A stretch of 64,000 nt of DNA from Marsupella aquatica (Eukaryota; Plantae; Marchantiophyta): the NCBI GenBank assembly GCA_973895155.1, contig OZ316895.1, positions 458,107-522,106 of the forward strand. The letters are read 5' to 3'. Below, piece by piece: positions 1-11,900 of this stretch; the stretch's first letter is position 1; every line of letters begins with the position of its first letter. The notes below the pieces were generated by a model that had not been told where the DNA came from, did not search any database, and saw only the letters and a list, made by a program, of their open reading frames with translations. The translations under genes and the position numbers were made by a program.

Positions 1-529
1 CTCAAGAAGTAACACTTCTTCGTATTTAGACCGCCCGCATGTTGTTGAGTGTCATACAAAGCGCTTGGATTAGTAATTCTGCTAGTATCGTCTCATCTTT
101 TCTAGTGTCTCACAGCTTTCACCAGCAATGCTGTAGTGACAAAGTAAGCGTTCGTTGCACTTGGTGGCATCAGTCTCCTTGACTTCTTTTGAGGTAAGAT
201 ATCCAGTGATGTATGTGGTAAAGCCCTTTGTCACATTTCCATTGATGATGCAACTGTGGTAGTTCTAATAGGACTGAGTAAAATAACGGTACTGCAGGAA
301 ACGGACCTTGGCACCAAGTGTTTCAGATCTGCTTCTCTTGGGCAACACATTTAATCCTTTTTTCCAAACTGAGAGTGAAAATGTCTTGGCTACCAGTCAG
401 TTATGAGCACCCTGGACTAAATTGAAGAATGGGGTGAGAACTCTTTCTGGGAGAAAACCCTGTCCCATCGAGGAATCAACTATAGATCTGCAGGGTGCTC
501 AGACAAGGAAAAACCTCTAACTTTGGATA

Positions 530-3500
530 TTAGTGTGAATTAAATTCTGTCCTCATGAATGTCAACTTGTTCAGCAATCGGGATGTTTTCTCCTGAAGTG
601 TCTGAGCCGAATCTTCAAGAGCAGTTTTTTCAACCAATAGCTGAAAGTTTTGGGTTGAGACACTATTTTGAGGCGATTGCCCAGGGCTGGCTACCCCACT
701 TGTTGGGAGAGATGTAAATGTGGTTCCTCGCAGAACCTGGAGCTGCTGTTCTAGTTGTAATTTCATTAGCTTTGCTTCCACATGAAAGTGGTTCAATTCT
801 GGTGTGGCTGCGAAGCTTGAATCGGATGCTGCATCAGAGGGCTCCCGCTCAAATTCATTAACACGATCACTGACATAAGCCATCATACTATTCAAGCGAT
901 CCTCCATCACTTTCTGTACTCTCCACTGTCCTCTAAGCATCTCTCTCAATGTGTTGACATCTCCTGATTCGACTTTGCTGAGATCCAAAACTGAGCTGGT
1001 TGACTGGGTGATTGTTGTTGCACTCTTTGGCCTTCCATCATTGAATACCATTGGTGACCTCGGTTTCCCATCATTTTGTTGATACATACCTGGAATTTCT
1101 TTCTTCACCTTTAGATTTTGCAACTCATGGTGCAGTTCATCAAAGAGTTTACCCTTTCTCTTGTTTTCCTCCTGATAGCGTACCATCTCTAATCGTAATT
1201 GGTCACATTGAGCTCTGAGTGCTTCGTTCTCTTCACTGACTTTAACCAATTTGGTACGATCTCGTTCTTGTTGTAAGTCATGTCTTCCTCCATCCGAAGA
1301 TCGTCCTGCAGGGTCAAAAATATTTCTGGCCTCTGCTCGTTTAGCGCGAGCCTCGTATTCATTGCAACGAGCTTGCATATTCTTGATTTGCTGAACGTTT
1401 CTCTCTAGCTCCTTCTCAAGTTCTTTAGTTGCTTGTTTCTTCTTTTCATCAAAACCCTCGATGTGCCGATGCTCCAATTCTTCAAAGTAATTGCATTTGG
1501 CTGAAAGGTCTTGGATTTTTCTATTCATTAGTGCCCTCTCACTTTCAGATCTTTGCAATTTCTCCTCAGTGTTTCTCAGCCTTCCTATGAGGTCGTTGTA
1601 CCCCGTTTTGGGTGAATTCCGTTCATATTCTTGCAATCCTCTAAGCTTACTCCTGAGCTCAGTGACAATGCTGTAGGATCTTGCTAGCTCCTTCTCCATG
1701 GTTTTGATTGCTTGGGTTTTTATACCCAAGCAATCTTGTAAAGAAAGTACTTCGCATCTTAGGTCCAAGATCTCTCGTCCCTCCTCCTTCCCCTGTTTGT
1801 GGAAAAAATGTGTACCATGGTCACCTTCAAACCTTAACTCATCAGGCCGTTGAGAATACACTGATGACCTAGATGTTTCCAGTTCGTGGGAGAGCTTTAT
1901 GATCTCCTCCTCCTTGACAAGTTGTTTAGTTTCTAAGTCATCAATACACTTCATCAACTGATGCTTCTCTGCTTGCCAGGCTGTCTCCATTCGTGCAATC
2001 TTGTCATGCAATTCCCTGATAAGCTCATCTTTCGAATGCAAGCCTGCCTTTAGATTATCCATGTCAACCATTGCTGGTAGAGCCAGAGTTTGATCAACCA
2101 TGGCTTGAGGACGACTGGATTCATGGATCTTCTGCGCCAAAGCTTCCCTATTCTCCTCACGTTCTTGGCGTAAAGCTGCTTCTAGCTGATGCATTTGAAG
2201 GTGCATCTTACGGATTACTTTGTCCTTTTGTTCCATATCAGCTTTGGTGGGCCAAGGGTGAATGTCAATGGCTTTCTGTGAAAGAGCTTGTGTTTTCTCT
2301 TGTTCCTGGAGCAGAGCATTTCGCATCTCATTCATTTGATGGTGCAAAACACTTACTTCATTAGTTCTGTGCGCCAGCTGACTTTCCAGTTCCCTAGTTT
2401 TAAGATCCGAGTCGCCTTGCAGTTTGATACGTTCTGCGACCAGCTCAGTTGTCTCTACTTCAAAAGGTCGAGCCTGCTTTCTCTCAAAATGCCGCAGATG
2501 CTCCCAAAGGGCATTTGGGCTGGATACTCTAGTGAAACGATTGGGTCTTTTGCGTTGATGGGTACGTTCCATAGATTGCCTTTCAGCAAAAACTACTGAC
2601 TTCTCTTTCAAAGAATCAGCCAAACTAGGACTAGTACTTCCAATGTCGTCTTCCTTGAGTTCAAGGCCAGAATTCTTACTGTCAAGATCATGTGGACGTT
2701 CAAAAGGGATTTCAGGTGGGATTTCAGAGGTAAGATCAAAATCGTCCTGGAAATCGTGGTCACAAGGGTCTCCATTTGTCTGTTCATAAGAATGGTCACA
2801 AGGGTCTCCATTTGTCTGTTCATAAGAATGGTCAAAAGGGTTTTTGTGAGCCTCGTCCAGTAGACTTTCATTAGAGTGGTGTTTTGTATTCTCATAAACA
2901 TGATCACATTGGTTTTCATTACATTGGTCACCTGGTTGTTTATATGCATGGTCGCCTGAGTTCTCATCGAGTTGGGCTAGTGGATTTTTAAAGACATGGC
3001 CACCGAGAGTTTGCTGTGCCTGACCCCTTGGACTTTCATAAACATGATCACATGGCTTTTCTTTGTCCTTGTTAGATGGATCATCAACTTGGTCTAGTGG
3101 ATTTCCATCAACATAGGCACCTGACATTTCATTAGCCTGGTCAATTGGATTTTTGTATTGATCATGGTCACACAGATCCCCTTTTGGCTGGTAGCTTGGA
3201 TTTTCATGAACAGGAGCCTTAGCCTGGTCAAATGGATCTTTGGTAGCCTGATCAAATAGATTTTGTTTTCCCTGGTCACTTGTACCATCCTCACTTTGAT
3301 TCCCTCTACCCTGGTCCCTTGAATTTTCATCCTCATCACATCTGGCTCCATCAAGTACTCCATCAAGTACTGGAGAAGCTACATCAAGTTGTTGCATCTC
3401 AGCAATCAGCTGCTCATTTCTCTGGATTTGCAACTCAAAACCCTGTTGTGCTTCATTGCGAGCTACATCTATGTTGCCCAACTCCTTTAGAAGTTCTTCT

Positions 3501-5389
3501 ACCAAATTCCTCTGTTCTGAATCTATTTCAACCTGATTAATTCCCAGTCCATTTTTTGTACCAAAACCCAAATGACTACTGTTTGGTGCACACGTACTAG
3601 GCCCCTCTAAATTGTGGATATGCTTTGCACATTGAGGAATTGAACAGTCAAAATACTCAACAGCATTGCAGGCTTCGTTGAGGTTCCCAAATATCTCCTC
3701 AACTTCAGTGAGAACTTTTGAAGTCTCCTCTTGTGCATCTGTGCATCGCACATTCATGCACTGCAGTAAGTTTAGAGCATTAGCCAATGAAGCCTCATAC
3801 TCCTGAAGACGCTGATCTCTCTCTTCAATTGTTTTACTGGCAGATTGCAGTGTTTTGTCTTTCAAGGATAACTCCTGTAACAATATATCCAGAGGTTCCT
3901 TAGCAGACATTTTATTAAACATAGGAGGTGAGGATGATGATGTACCTCCACCACCTCCTGCTTTAAATTGTTGCTTCCTGTCTTTACTGTCAGGATTGAC
4001 TTGCGCTTCTCCGTCTTTGCCATAGCTTACTCTAGTCCAAGCTTCTTTTTGACGTTCCAACAAGTCCCCTCCTTCACCATCTTGTTGACGAATTTGGGTG
4101 GGAGGAACTTCTCTTGGATTCCTTAGAAGATTCTTTTTCTGTAGGTCTTGCAAGTCCACTCCTCTCTCACTGTGTGTAGGTGGTGTAGAAGGATCTTTTT
4201 GGGGTTGAATATTCCTGAGAGCTAGTTTTTGCAGTTCTGACAAGTCTCCCAGTGTTGGTTGGGTCCATACGGCTGGGGTTGCAACTGGAGCTCCTTCATT
4301 TGTAACACTTTCTGGTGCAAACTTTCGCAATTTTGATGAGTCTGAGCCTCCTCCCTTGGCTTTTTCAGTTCTCAGAGCAGGCATTGATGATTTTGATATG
4401 CTCCTCATACTTCTAAGAGCTACCTTTTGTAGCTCCAATAAGTCAGATTCTCCATCTTGTTGGGGCAATTTAGTAGGAGCTGTGGTTTTTAATGATAATC
4501 CCGAAGAGAGAGAGGGTTTATTTTGAGACTCTTGCTTGATGTTTGCCCTATAGTCTGGTTCTTGCAATTTTAACAAGTCTTCTGTTGCAGTTGATTGCAA
4601 CTCAGGCCCTGTTACAAAATTAGATGTATGTGACTCTACAACTTCTGAAAGTCTTTTCATACTCACTAAAGCTACCTTTTGAAGCTCAAGCAAACCTCCT
4701 TCAACATTTGAAAGTGAATCTGTGGTTGGACCCAAACTTTGGTTGGCTCTTTCCATGTTTGCTACAGTCAGTTTTTGCAGTTTATGAACATCACTACCTC
4801 CCATAAGTGGAACTGGGGATAATGTTGGATCAAAAGCTCTTGCAGATGATTTCTGGTTGTCTTTCATGTTTGACAATGCAACCTTTTGGAGCTCAAGCAA
4901 GTCCGACACGCCTGAAGTTTGAACGGCGGAGTTGTGCACCATTTTCACACGTTGTGGCCGCTGACCAGGCACAGGTGATAAAGCGTGTCGGTCACGCTCA
5001 TATCGATTTATAATTTGTTGCCTTCGGTCCTCTTCAGCTTTTGCTGCTTCCCTTTCTAAATCTTTGGAATCATAGTACAACTTTATAACCCCCAATTTAG
5101 CTAAGGCTTGCACCTCGAGCTCAAGCAAGGTTGGTGGATATTCTGGTCTTTGGTCCATGATTGGGCTTTCTGACAATATATTCCCAGGAACATTTGTTGT
5201 TATTGGCTGATGAGTTTCTTCCACGTCAGCCCAGTTTAATTGCATGTCATCAGAAGGTTCCTTGTTGATGTTCATATTTTGGAAAAGATCTCCATTAGTA
5301 TCTTCTGGGAACTCCACAGTATTCAGAAGCTTACTGTCTAGAAGCTCACTATCTGTTTCATCAAGGTCAAGGAGATCTCCTCCAAACAT
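530..5389 (-). CDS. Large single-exon ORF (1619 aa): N-terminal D-L-x-[EKD]-L-Q-K repeats, central acidic N-P-x-D-[HQ] repeats, long C-terminal coiled coil; function unknown
   Basis: 4.86-kb stop-free frame; heptad-rich E/K/L/Q C-terminal half; ~9 copies of an SDLLELQKVAL-like motif. Additional 5' exons are possible. Confidence 0.8.
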   Translation of the reverse strand: MFGGDLLDLDETDSELLDSKLLNTVEFPEDTNGDLFQNMNINKEPSDDMQLNWADVEETHQPITTNVPGNILSESPIMDQRPEYPPTLLELEVQALAKLGVIKLYYDSKDLEREAAKAEEDRRQQIINRYERDRHALSPVPGQRPQRVKMVHNSAVQTSGVSDLLELQKVALSNMKDNQKSSARAFDPTLSPVPLMGGSDVHKLQKLTVANMERANQSLGPTTDSLSNVEGGLLELQKVALVSMKRLSEVVESHTSNFVTGPELQSTATEDLLKLQEPDYRANIKQESQNKPSLSSGLSLKTTAPTKLPQQDGESDLLELQKVALRSMRSISKSSMPALRTEKAKGGGSDSSKLRKFAPESVTNEGAPVATPAVWTQPTLGDLSELQKLALRNIQPQKDPSTPPTHSERGVDLQDLQKKNLLRNPREVPPTQIRQQDGEGGDLLERQKEAWTRVSYGKDGEAQVNPDSKDRKQQFKAGGGGGTSSSSPPMFNKMSAKEPLDILLQELSLKDKTLQSASKTIEERDQRLQEYEASLANALNLLQCMNVRCTDAQEETSKVLTEVEEIFGNLNEACNAVEYFDCSIPQCAKHIHNLEGPSTCAPNSSHLGFGTKNGLGINQVEIDSEQRNLVEELLKELGNIDVARNEAQQGFELQIQRNEQLIAEMQQLDVASPVLDGVLDGARCDEDENSRDQGRGNQSEDGTSDQGKQNLFDQATKDPFDQAKAPVHENPSYQPKGDLCDHDQYKNPIDQANEMSGAYVDGNPLDQVDDPSNKDKEKPCDHVYESPRGQAQQTLGGHVFKNPLAQLDENSGDHAYKQPGDQCNENQCDHVYENTKHHSNESLLDEAHKNPFDHSYEQTNGDPCDHSYEQTNGDPCDHDFQDDFDLTSEIPPEIPFERPHDLDSKNSGLELKEDDIGSTSPSLADSLKEKSVVFAERQSMERTHQRKRPNRFTRVSSPNALWEHLRHFERKQARPFEVETTELVAERIKLQGDSDLKTRELESQLAHRTNEVSVLHHQMNEMRNALLQEQEKTQALSQKAIDIHPWPTKADMEQKDKVIRKMHLQMHQLEAALRQEREENREALAQKIHESSRPQAMVDQTLALPAMVDMDNLKAGLHSKDELIRELHDKIARMETAWQAEKHQLMKCIDDLETKQLVKEEEIIKLSHELETSRSSVYSQRPDELRFEGDHGTHFFHKQGKEEGREILDLRCEVLSLQDCLGIKTQAIKTMEKELARSYSIVTELRSKLRGLQEYERNSPKTGYNDLIGRLRNTEEKLQRSESERALMNRKIQDLSAKCNYFEELEHRHIEGFDEKKKQATKELEKELERNVQQIKNMQARCNEYEARAKRAEARNIFDPAGRSSDGGRHDLQQERDRTKLVKVSEENEALRAQCDQLRLEMVRYQEENKRKGKLFDELHHELQNLKVKKEIPGMYQQNDGKPRSPMVFNDGRPKSATTITQSTSSVLDLSKVESGDVNTLREMLRGQWRVQKVMEDRLNSMMAYVSDRVNEFEREPSDAASDSSFAATPELNHFHVEAKLMKLQLEQQLQVLRGTTFTSLPTSGVASPGQSPQNSVSTQNFQLLVEKTALEDSAQTLQEKTSRLLNKLTFMRTEFNSH
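2757..2828. repeat. Perfect 36-bp tandem duplication inside the ORF (DHSYEQTNGDPC x2)
   Basis: tggtcacaagggtctccatttgtctgttcataagaa occurs at 2757 and at 2793. Confidence 0.9.
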
Positions 5390-5965
5390 GTCACATCCTG
5401 CCCAATTTAAATTTAGAGGTTGGCCATCATCATGGTGGCCAGGTGGTAACCTCTGGTGGGTTTTCTGACCCTACCATCAGATCATGGCCAATACACTGCT
5501 GTTAGGGAAAATATGAAATTTGGACAAAAAAATTGACAAATCCTAAATTATACCAATTGAGTCATATTCACCTGCAGTGCTCCTGGCCAAGCTAATTAAA
5601 ATTAAAGGTACTAAGGAGGTTGATCAATAACATGCACCCTTACTTAGACAAAAGAAGACATTGATATATGAAGAAACAGAAATGCTAGTATCAACTCCAA
5701 CAGGCCAATAACAACAGGCAGACCAACTCAAAGGCACATCCATTGTAGGTACGAGTGCACATGATTGCATACAAACTACTTTTGGGGTAAGAGAGTGTAT
5801 GCAGAGGAAGCATTGGCCCCCTGAATTATGGTCAGTTGTGGACAAGGCCTTTATGGCATATCTTGCACCATGTTGTGAGCCTGTGTTGACTTAATGTCAA
5901 TTAACTACAGACAAGTATCATGGTCTTGTTTGTTGTCAAACATTTTGGTATGCTACTCTTGGAAG

Positions 5966-5993
5966 ATATATATATATATATATATATATATAT
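5966..5993. repeat. (AT)n microsatellite
   Basis: Run of atatat... seen directly. Confidence 0.95.
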
Positions 5994-8900
5994 CCTTCAT
6001 AAAACTGTTGTTTATGAAATAATATTCAATCATCCTCATCATAGATTTTGTCTTTTCTATTTGTTTGTTCACAAATTGCAATTAGATTAAAACTTACAAC
6101 ATAAATTAAATCCATACACCACTCCAGCAAGAAGAGAGAGGTGGTTTAGATCGAGGTGGTTTGCAATGACTCACATCCGCCATATTTGCTAACTTCTTAG
6201 TGTCTCCGTTGTAAAGCCATACAATTGGAAGACATGTAATAGGAAGTTGTAGTTCGTGGGAGGTCTTGTAGAGATATCTTGGCCATCCAGATCATGATTC
6301 TTCAAATTGAACTCTAAAATGTCAAGTCAGAATTCTTCTCATGAGTCACTTATGAGGCAGGGTAGGTTGCTTTTTGAAGAATACAATCAAGTGACCAAAT
6401 CTAAATACATTGTTACTCCTTTTAGATTTTCCTCACCTGTACTAGGCTAAACGGCTTAGATCATCTGTTACTCCTTCCCAAATAGCAGGTAAAAATTGTT
6501 TGTGTGGCCATCACAAAAAGAAACTAAGAGTGGAACACAGAAAAACATTATATTGGTATCTTAATTCACTGGGTGACCCTAAGTATAATCTAAGTAAGTG
6601 AACATTTTTCTCTGACTTAGGAAAATAATGATCATGATTTACATGTTGTCTTGCGCTTTAAATGGGGTTCTGTGGAATCTGAAAGCAACACCAGAAAGTT
6701 TTGTATTCAACCACAAAAGAAAGGCAGGGATTTTGCTCAAAGTTTAGTTTTATGTCAGTCCACCACCTCTCAGACCAGGAAATGATGGTTCAATCAGTGA
6801 GTCAATCTATTAATAGGATGAAATCTATTGTAATCTATTGTGTCTTATTCCCTGTTGATATCAGACTTACCAAGCTGACCAAGAAGAGACAGATCATGAC
6901 CCGAATTTAAAAAGTAATCACCAGGCAAAAAATTCTTTTGTGTGTGCTTGATGGTCCAAAAGAAGGCCAAAGCAATCAATTTCAAAATAACATGGATGGT
7001 CCACAAACCAAAACTTAATTTTGAAATATAATATTACTTTGTTGCTCATTAGTGTTGCCTCTAATTACAACCCCAAGCTACCAAAATGTTTACAATGCGT
7101 ACTGGTCTCGCAAATCAATAATCTTTCCTAGCAAACAATCATTAGAGGTATTTTAAACTTATATACCTTGAAGATGCAAAACATTGCACACTGTAAGAAG
7201 GAAGAATGTCAGCATCAGTCACTATCCAGTTTTAAGCCATCACCTTGCCTTTGCATGCTCATCACCCATCCATGTCTGCCCTTCCAATGCCACTTACTCA
7301 AATCCATCCTCAGATCCTGAATTCCTTGCAATCAAATTTTCCTGATGATGGAACCAGCCAGGATATCCTCCCTCAGTACCATCCCATTTCGCAGCACCCC
7401 TCTGCCCCAGGAGAGACAGCCCTAGCTTCTCAACGTTCCTGAGAGCAGGAACAATCATCCATTCCATCAGAAGTGCAAAATTCTAGACACTTCTCCTCTC
7501 TATCCTCAAGTTATTGGCTCCAAAAAACACAGGCATGAAAATTTGCTGACTTCTCCAAAACTGCCTGAGATTTGAGCCTCTTGCCCAGGACACCCCTCTT
7601 GCAGCCCATCAATGAGACCCAAACTTCAATTATATTCTTGAGCCTAGCAAGGGCTCTAGGAGATTAGATTCTTGTCTGTATGTATTTTTGTCTGTTTGTC
7701 GATAAGAAAAGCCAAGGCAATTGGAGGAAAGTTGGGCAACATCCACACGAAAAACCAAGGGTACACCACACGTGTGTTTAAAGAAGATCTTTGCTTTACA
7801 TGCATTGGCCAAAAAGAGAATTGTGATTGATGAGGTTATTGTTTTAGTTCAAATTGTAGACAATGTCAGTATACACTTTGACAAACAATGCCAGAGAGAT
7901 GATTCATTCAAAAGGAGGCGTAGCAAATGTGAAATTAAAGGAGAGAGATCTCAATGAATGGATCTAGCTGGATCTTTGAGGATCAGTGCAAAGTTTTGAC
8001 CAGTGATCATTGAAAGCAAGAACTTTCTAGTATAATTACTCTTGCCAAAATCCAGATTATTTGTAACCTAGTTTAAAGCTCATATTATGTGTCCACCGAG
8101 CTATTGCAAGTGATTGGTAATTATATTTTAGTGCTATTCCTTGGCAATCTGTAATTTTCACAATGTGCAATCCTTGAAGCTCAACTGCATTGAAGCAAAT
8201 TTGCATCAAGTATGCTCGATAGAATTGAGAATTGCGTATCGTCACTTCAGACTCTGACTGAGCAAGAATTATTTGCTGCACAATGAATGCAGCAATTGGG
8301 TTTTTGAGGCACAAGACATTGAGAAACCTAGGCAATGGTATGGATTTGATTTCCAGGAAACTATTTACAACCGCAAATCATGAGTTACTTTGAGTCTTGA
8401 TAGCTCTCAACAACCAATTATAATTATGCAAAACAACTCAGTCTTCATTTTTCTCTTTATGACAAAATCTTAGTTTCTTGGTCACTTAGTTGGTAAATCT
8501 CTTTCTAGTGCGTGGGTGAAATTTCACTTCTTCTATTGTGAATGAAGTGGAATCCAATGTGCTGCAGTAGTCTTGGTTTACATTGAAAAGTCAGACCACA
8601 AGTCGGTAGAAAAGTTCACTTTCAAAAAATGTTCAAATCTTTTGAGACAAGGAGGACCTATATGAAAGAAACCACAATTGCGTGTACTCTTCCTCTTATT
8701 GTAAAAGCATAAAAAGACAAAACTTAGCAGAACAATGAGAATTGAAAGAAACAAAGTTGGCAAAAATAATAGAGAACCCAAAAATTGTCAATTTAATAAA
8801 ACCTGCAATGTTGATTATTTGTCTTAGCTCAAAGATTGATCAAAAGGCAAAGTCATAAAGAGATTGATACAGAATACTAGAAAGCAAATAATAACAAAAA

Positions 8901-11900
8901 CTATAGACACTCCTAACTCCTACAACTCATTCTTGAATCATTTACCCTTTGAGTGTAGTTGATGACATCCATAGCTACATGGTCCGCTTCATGAGTAGTG
9001 ACAATTATGTTCCACTTGCAATTATGGTTTCTTTTCTATGCCCCTCTATCATACTCACTTGAGTTGCATATGAGAGCCCCTCTCTTCATCCATTCTGGGC
9101 GGGCCTAACATAATGAAGTAGAAATTAATTATAAAGTCCAACGTCAACATAAGTTCTACTCCATTAGACCTTGGCCTAAGAAGGAAAAAGACTAACATTC
9201 CTTTTTTGCTTTCTCTCCTCCCCTCAGTCTCCCTCTCATAGAAAGTCTACAATAGACCACAATGTTTTGGCCCTAAGTAATCAAACCTATCACAATTGCT
9301 CAAGCAACCAAAACCCATAGATGACAAAGGAAACCTAGGTCCCCATCGTAAAGGTCATGACTTTGATAGGTCCTTGCAGATCCTTTGCTACAAAGAGATA
9401 CACCTTTCGAATAGGTTTGACCAAAAAACCCTTCCACAAGACAGTGATTGCTCATTGTCTGGTAGATTTGAACAATCAATTACATTGGAATAGTCTTGAG
9501 GCAAAGAAGAAATCCACAAATCATTTCATATATATCTAAGCTGTAGAGGAAGAAGTAGGAAAGACAACTGCAGCCAACCAAACAAAATAATTCCAAATGC
9601 TTGCATGCGGATAACATAATTAACCATTTTGCCCCAAAACTGAGTATTTCAATATTTGGGCATTATGCTTCTTCAAAAATTTCTCAGGCTTAGCTTTGCT
9701 TCTGTCAATTCAAGTAAATTGTAATTTCTTGATCCTTTGATTCTGCATTTGCTCCAGTCAACAGTCTCCAAAAAGTCTCATCAAACATTGACCCTGGAAG
9801 GAGATGTTTGAGAAGTCCACTTCTTCAGATTAAGGTTTTTTACTGTCGAGAATGGATTTGTGCTTTCGGCATTCCTTTTCTATTCCTTGGTTTTGGCCAC
9901 AAATGCCATTTTCAGGATTCCTGGAACCATATGCCTGGTGGGCAGCAAGCAGGTCCTGTCTTAAATTTGGCCGGCCTTTTCTTGATCACGGATCAACCTT
10001 TAATTTGGCCCAACAAATCCTTATGAAAGCTTGATCTATGGTTTCAACAGGTTCTTCCCATTCGAGCACCCATCGGTTTTGCTAGCTTCCTGCCATTAAT
10101 TCTTTCTGAACTCCTGCAAGTGACGGTAGGGGAATGAAGAGCCTGACTCACTTATTCTCACACCACCTTAAGTCCCTTTCTCAATTCTGCTCATTGTATG
10201 AATTCTCTGTCATTTGTAATTTTTGGAATATAATACAGGTTGGAGGACCATAAGATTTGTCCTCTACTTGCGTGTTCACAGAAATTAAATTCAAATTCAA
10301 TTCACATCTCCACTTGTGTGTTCAGTAACGAGAATAAAACTAAAATACCATGGGCACTTGTTTTCAAATATGGTGAAGAAACTAACTAAGGCAAAAGCAT
10401 GAAACAATGTATAGGTCAAAATCCACCGTCCTAATGTCTAAGGCGGGTGAGTGAACAATGAAGAGATCAAAACCAGCTTGAGTGGAAGAATGTAGCACTC
10501 ACATTTATGTTATGGGTGTCACAGTAGTCCAACATGAGCTCTACAACTAAGACAGTAATGAACTTTTTTATTGCCCTTGTACTCTTAGATCCTATGACGA
10601 GCTTTAGAATAACTTCCAGTTGAGTTTGCAATTTGAGAATGATGCAAAGTTGAGCATATTGGTTAAACTTCATTAGCAAATTAGTGGATTTGCGTTAAGT
10701 GTCCGCTCTTTTGAGACACAAGAGTACAATCTCACATGATTGTCACATCTTTGAAAAGTGTGACTGTCCTTGCTTTCTGTTTGAATGTTTGATAAAACCT
10801 AGCTACTTACAAGTGAGAATGAAAGATACTCATGTGAGCCAAATGAATACTGGGGCCCACTTGATTATCCCCACACTAAATATGTTTATGGATTGGGCTC
10901 AAATCAATCACTAAATGGAAAAACATGTCAAGGCATTGTCAATCACACCAACTTTATGGGAGAGACTGTTCTTGGATCATGATTGTTGAGACTCAATTCA
11001 AACCTGAAGTGACTCACAATCTTCTGCTTGTATCCTTGAATGCAATCAAATGTAGTAAGGTTGGGCATCTCCTGGGACATGTGATCCATTTCCTCTTAAT
11101 ACATAACATGATTTAATTGGGAATCACATTGTCATCATCCTTATTCTAAGTATGTAGACTTAGTATAGTTGTTGACCTAATTAAGCAGGTCCGTGACAAA
11201 GGGTTGGTCACACTCAGACTGAACAAAATCACACCAAATTGCTGTATCCGTCCAGGGCTCTACATTCAACCATGTAACTCGCTCCCCTCCCCTTGCCTCG
11301 CCCCTTGCCTGTATGTATACTTCCCAGCTAGCCTCCTCAAATACAGCTTAGTTTGAGATTTTCAGTTTGCATTACTCCTCTCCTCTCCTCTCCTCTCAAG
11401 GATGTCTCTCAGTCAATAAGTGAAAACTAGTAACTCAAAATTGTGATGGACTGCTACACAATTGCTTTTTGCACTTCTTGAGCTACGAGACTCAACTTTC
11501 CTACATTAGCATCTGGCTTGAATGCATACTTCTGATAAACTATTGCTTACTTTTGGCTCCCATTAAAGACTTTGTTCTGGCAATTATAGCCTTTCATTCC
11601 AAACACTGCCCGCCTATGATCGGCACACGGGCCTTCCAAATAAACCAGCAAATTAATAAGGGCAATCCAAAGTATGAGTCACTTATAATACCCTAAAACA
11701 AGATGAGACAACATCTTCATTTTCTTTAATTTGAAGGAATTGAGGATGCAACTTTTAATTGCTTTCAGTAAGTAAGTTCAAGATCCTACATGAACCCAAT
11801 GGAGGCTGTAATCAAACACAAGTGTAATATCTGTGCACTAGGATATCTGCCGCAAAACAAACTCTTTTGCCCTGTTTGCACTCTCTCAGTTTGTCACTAG

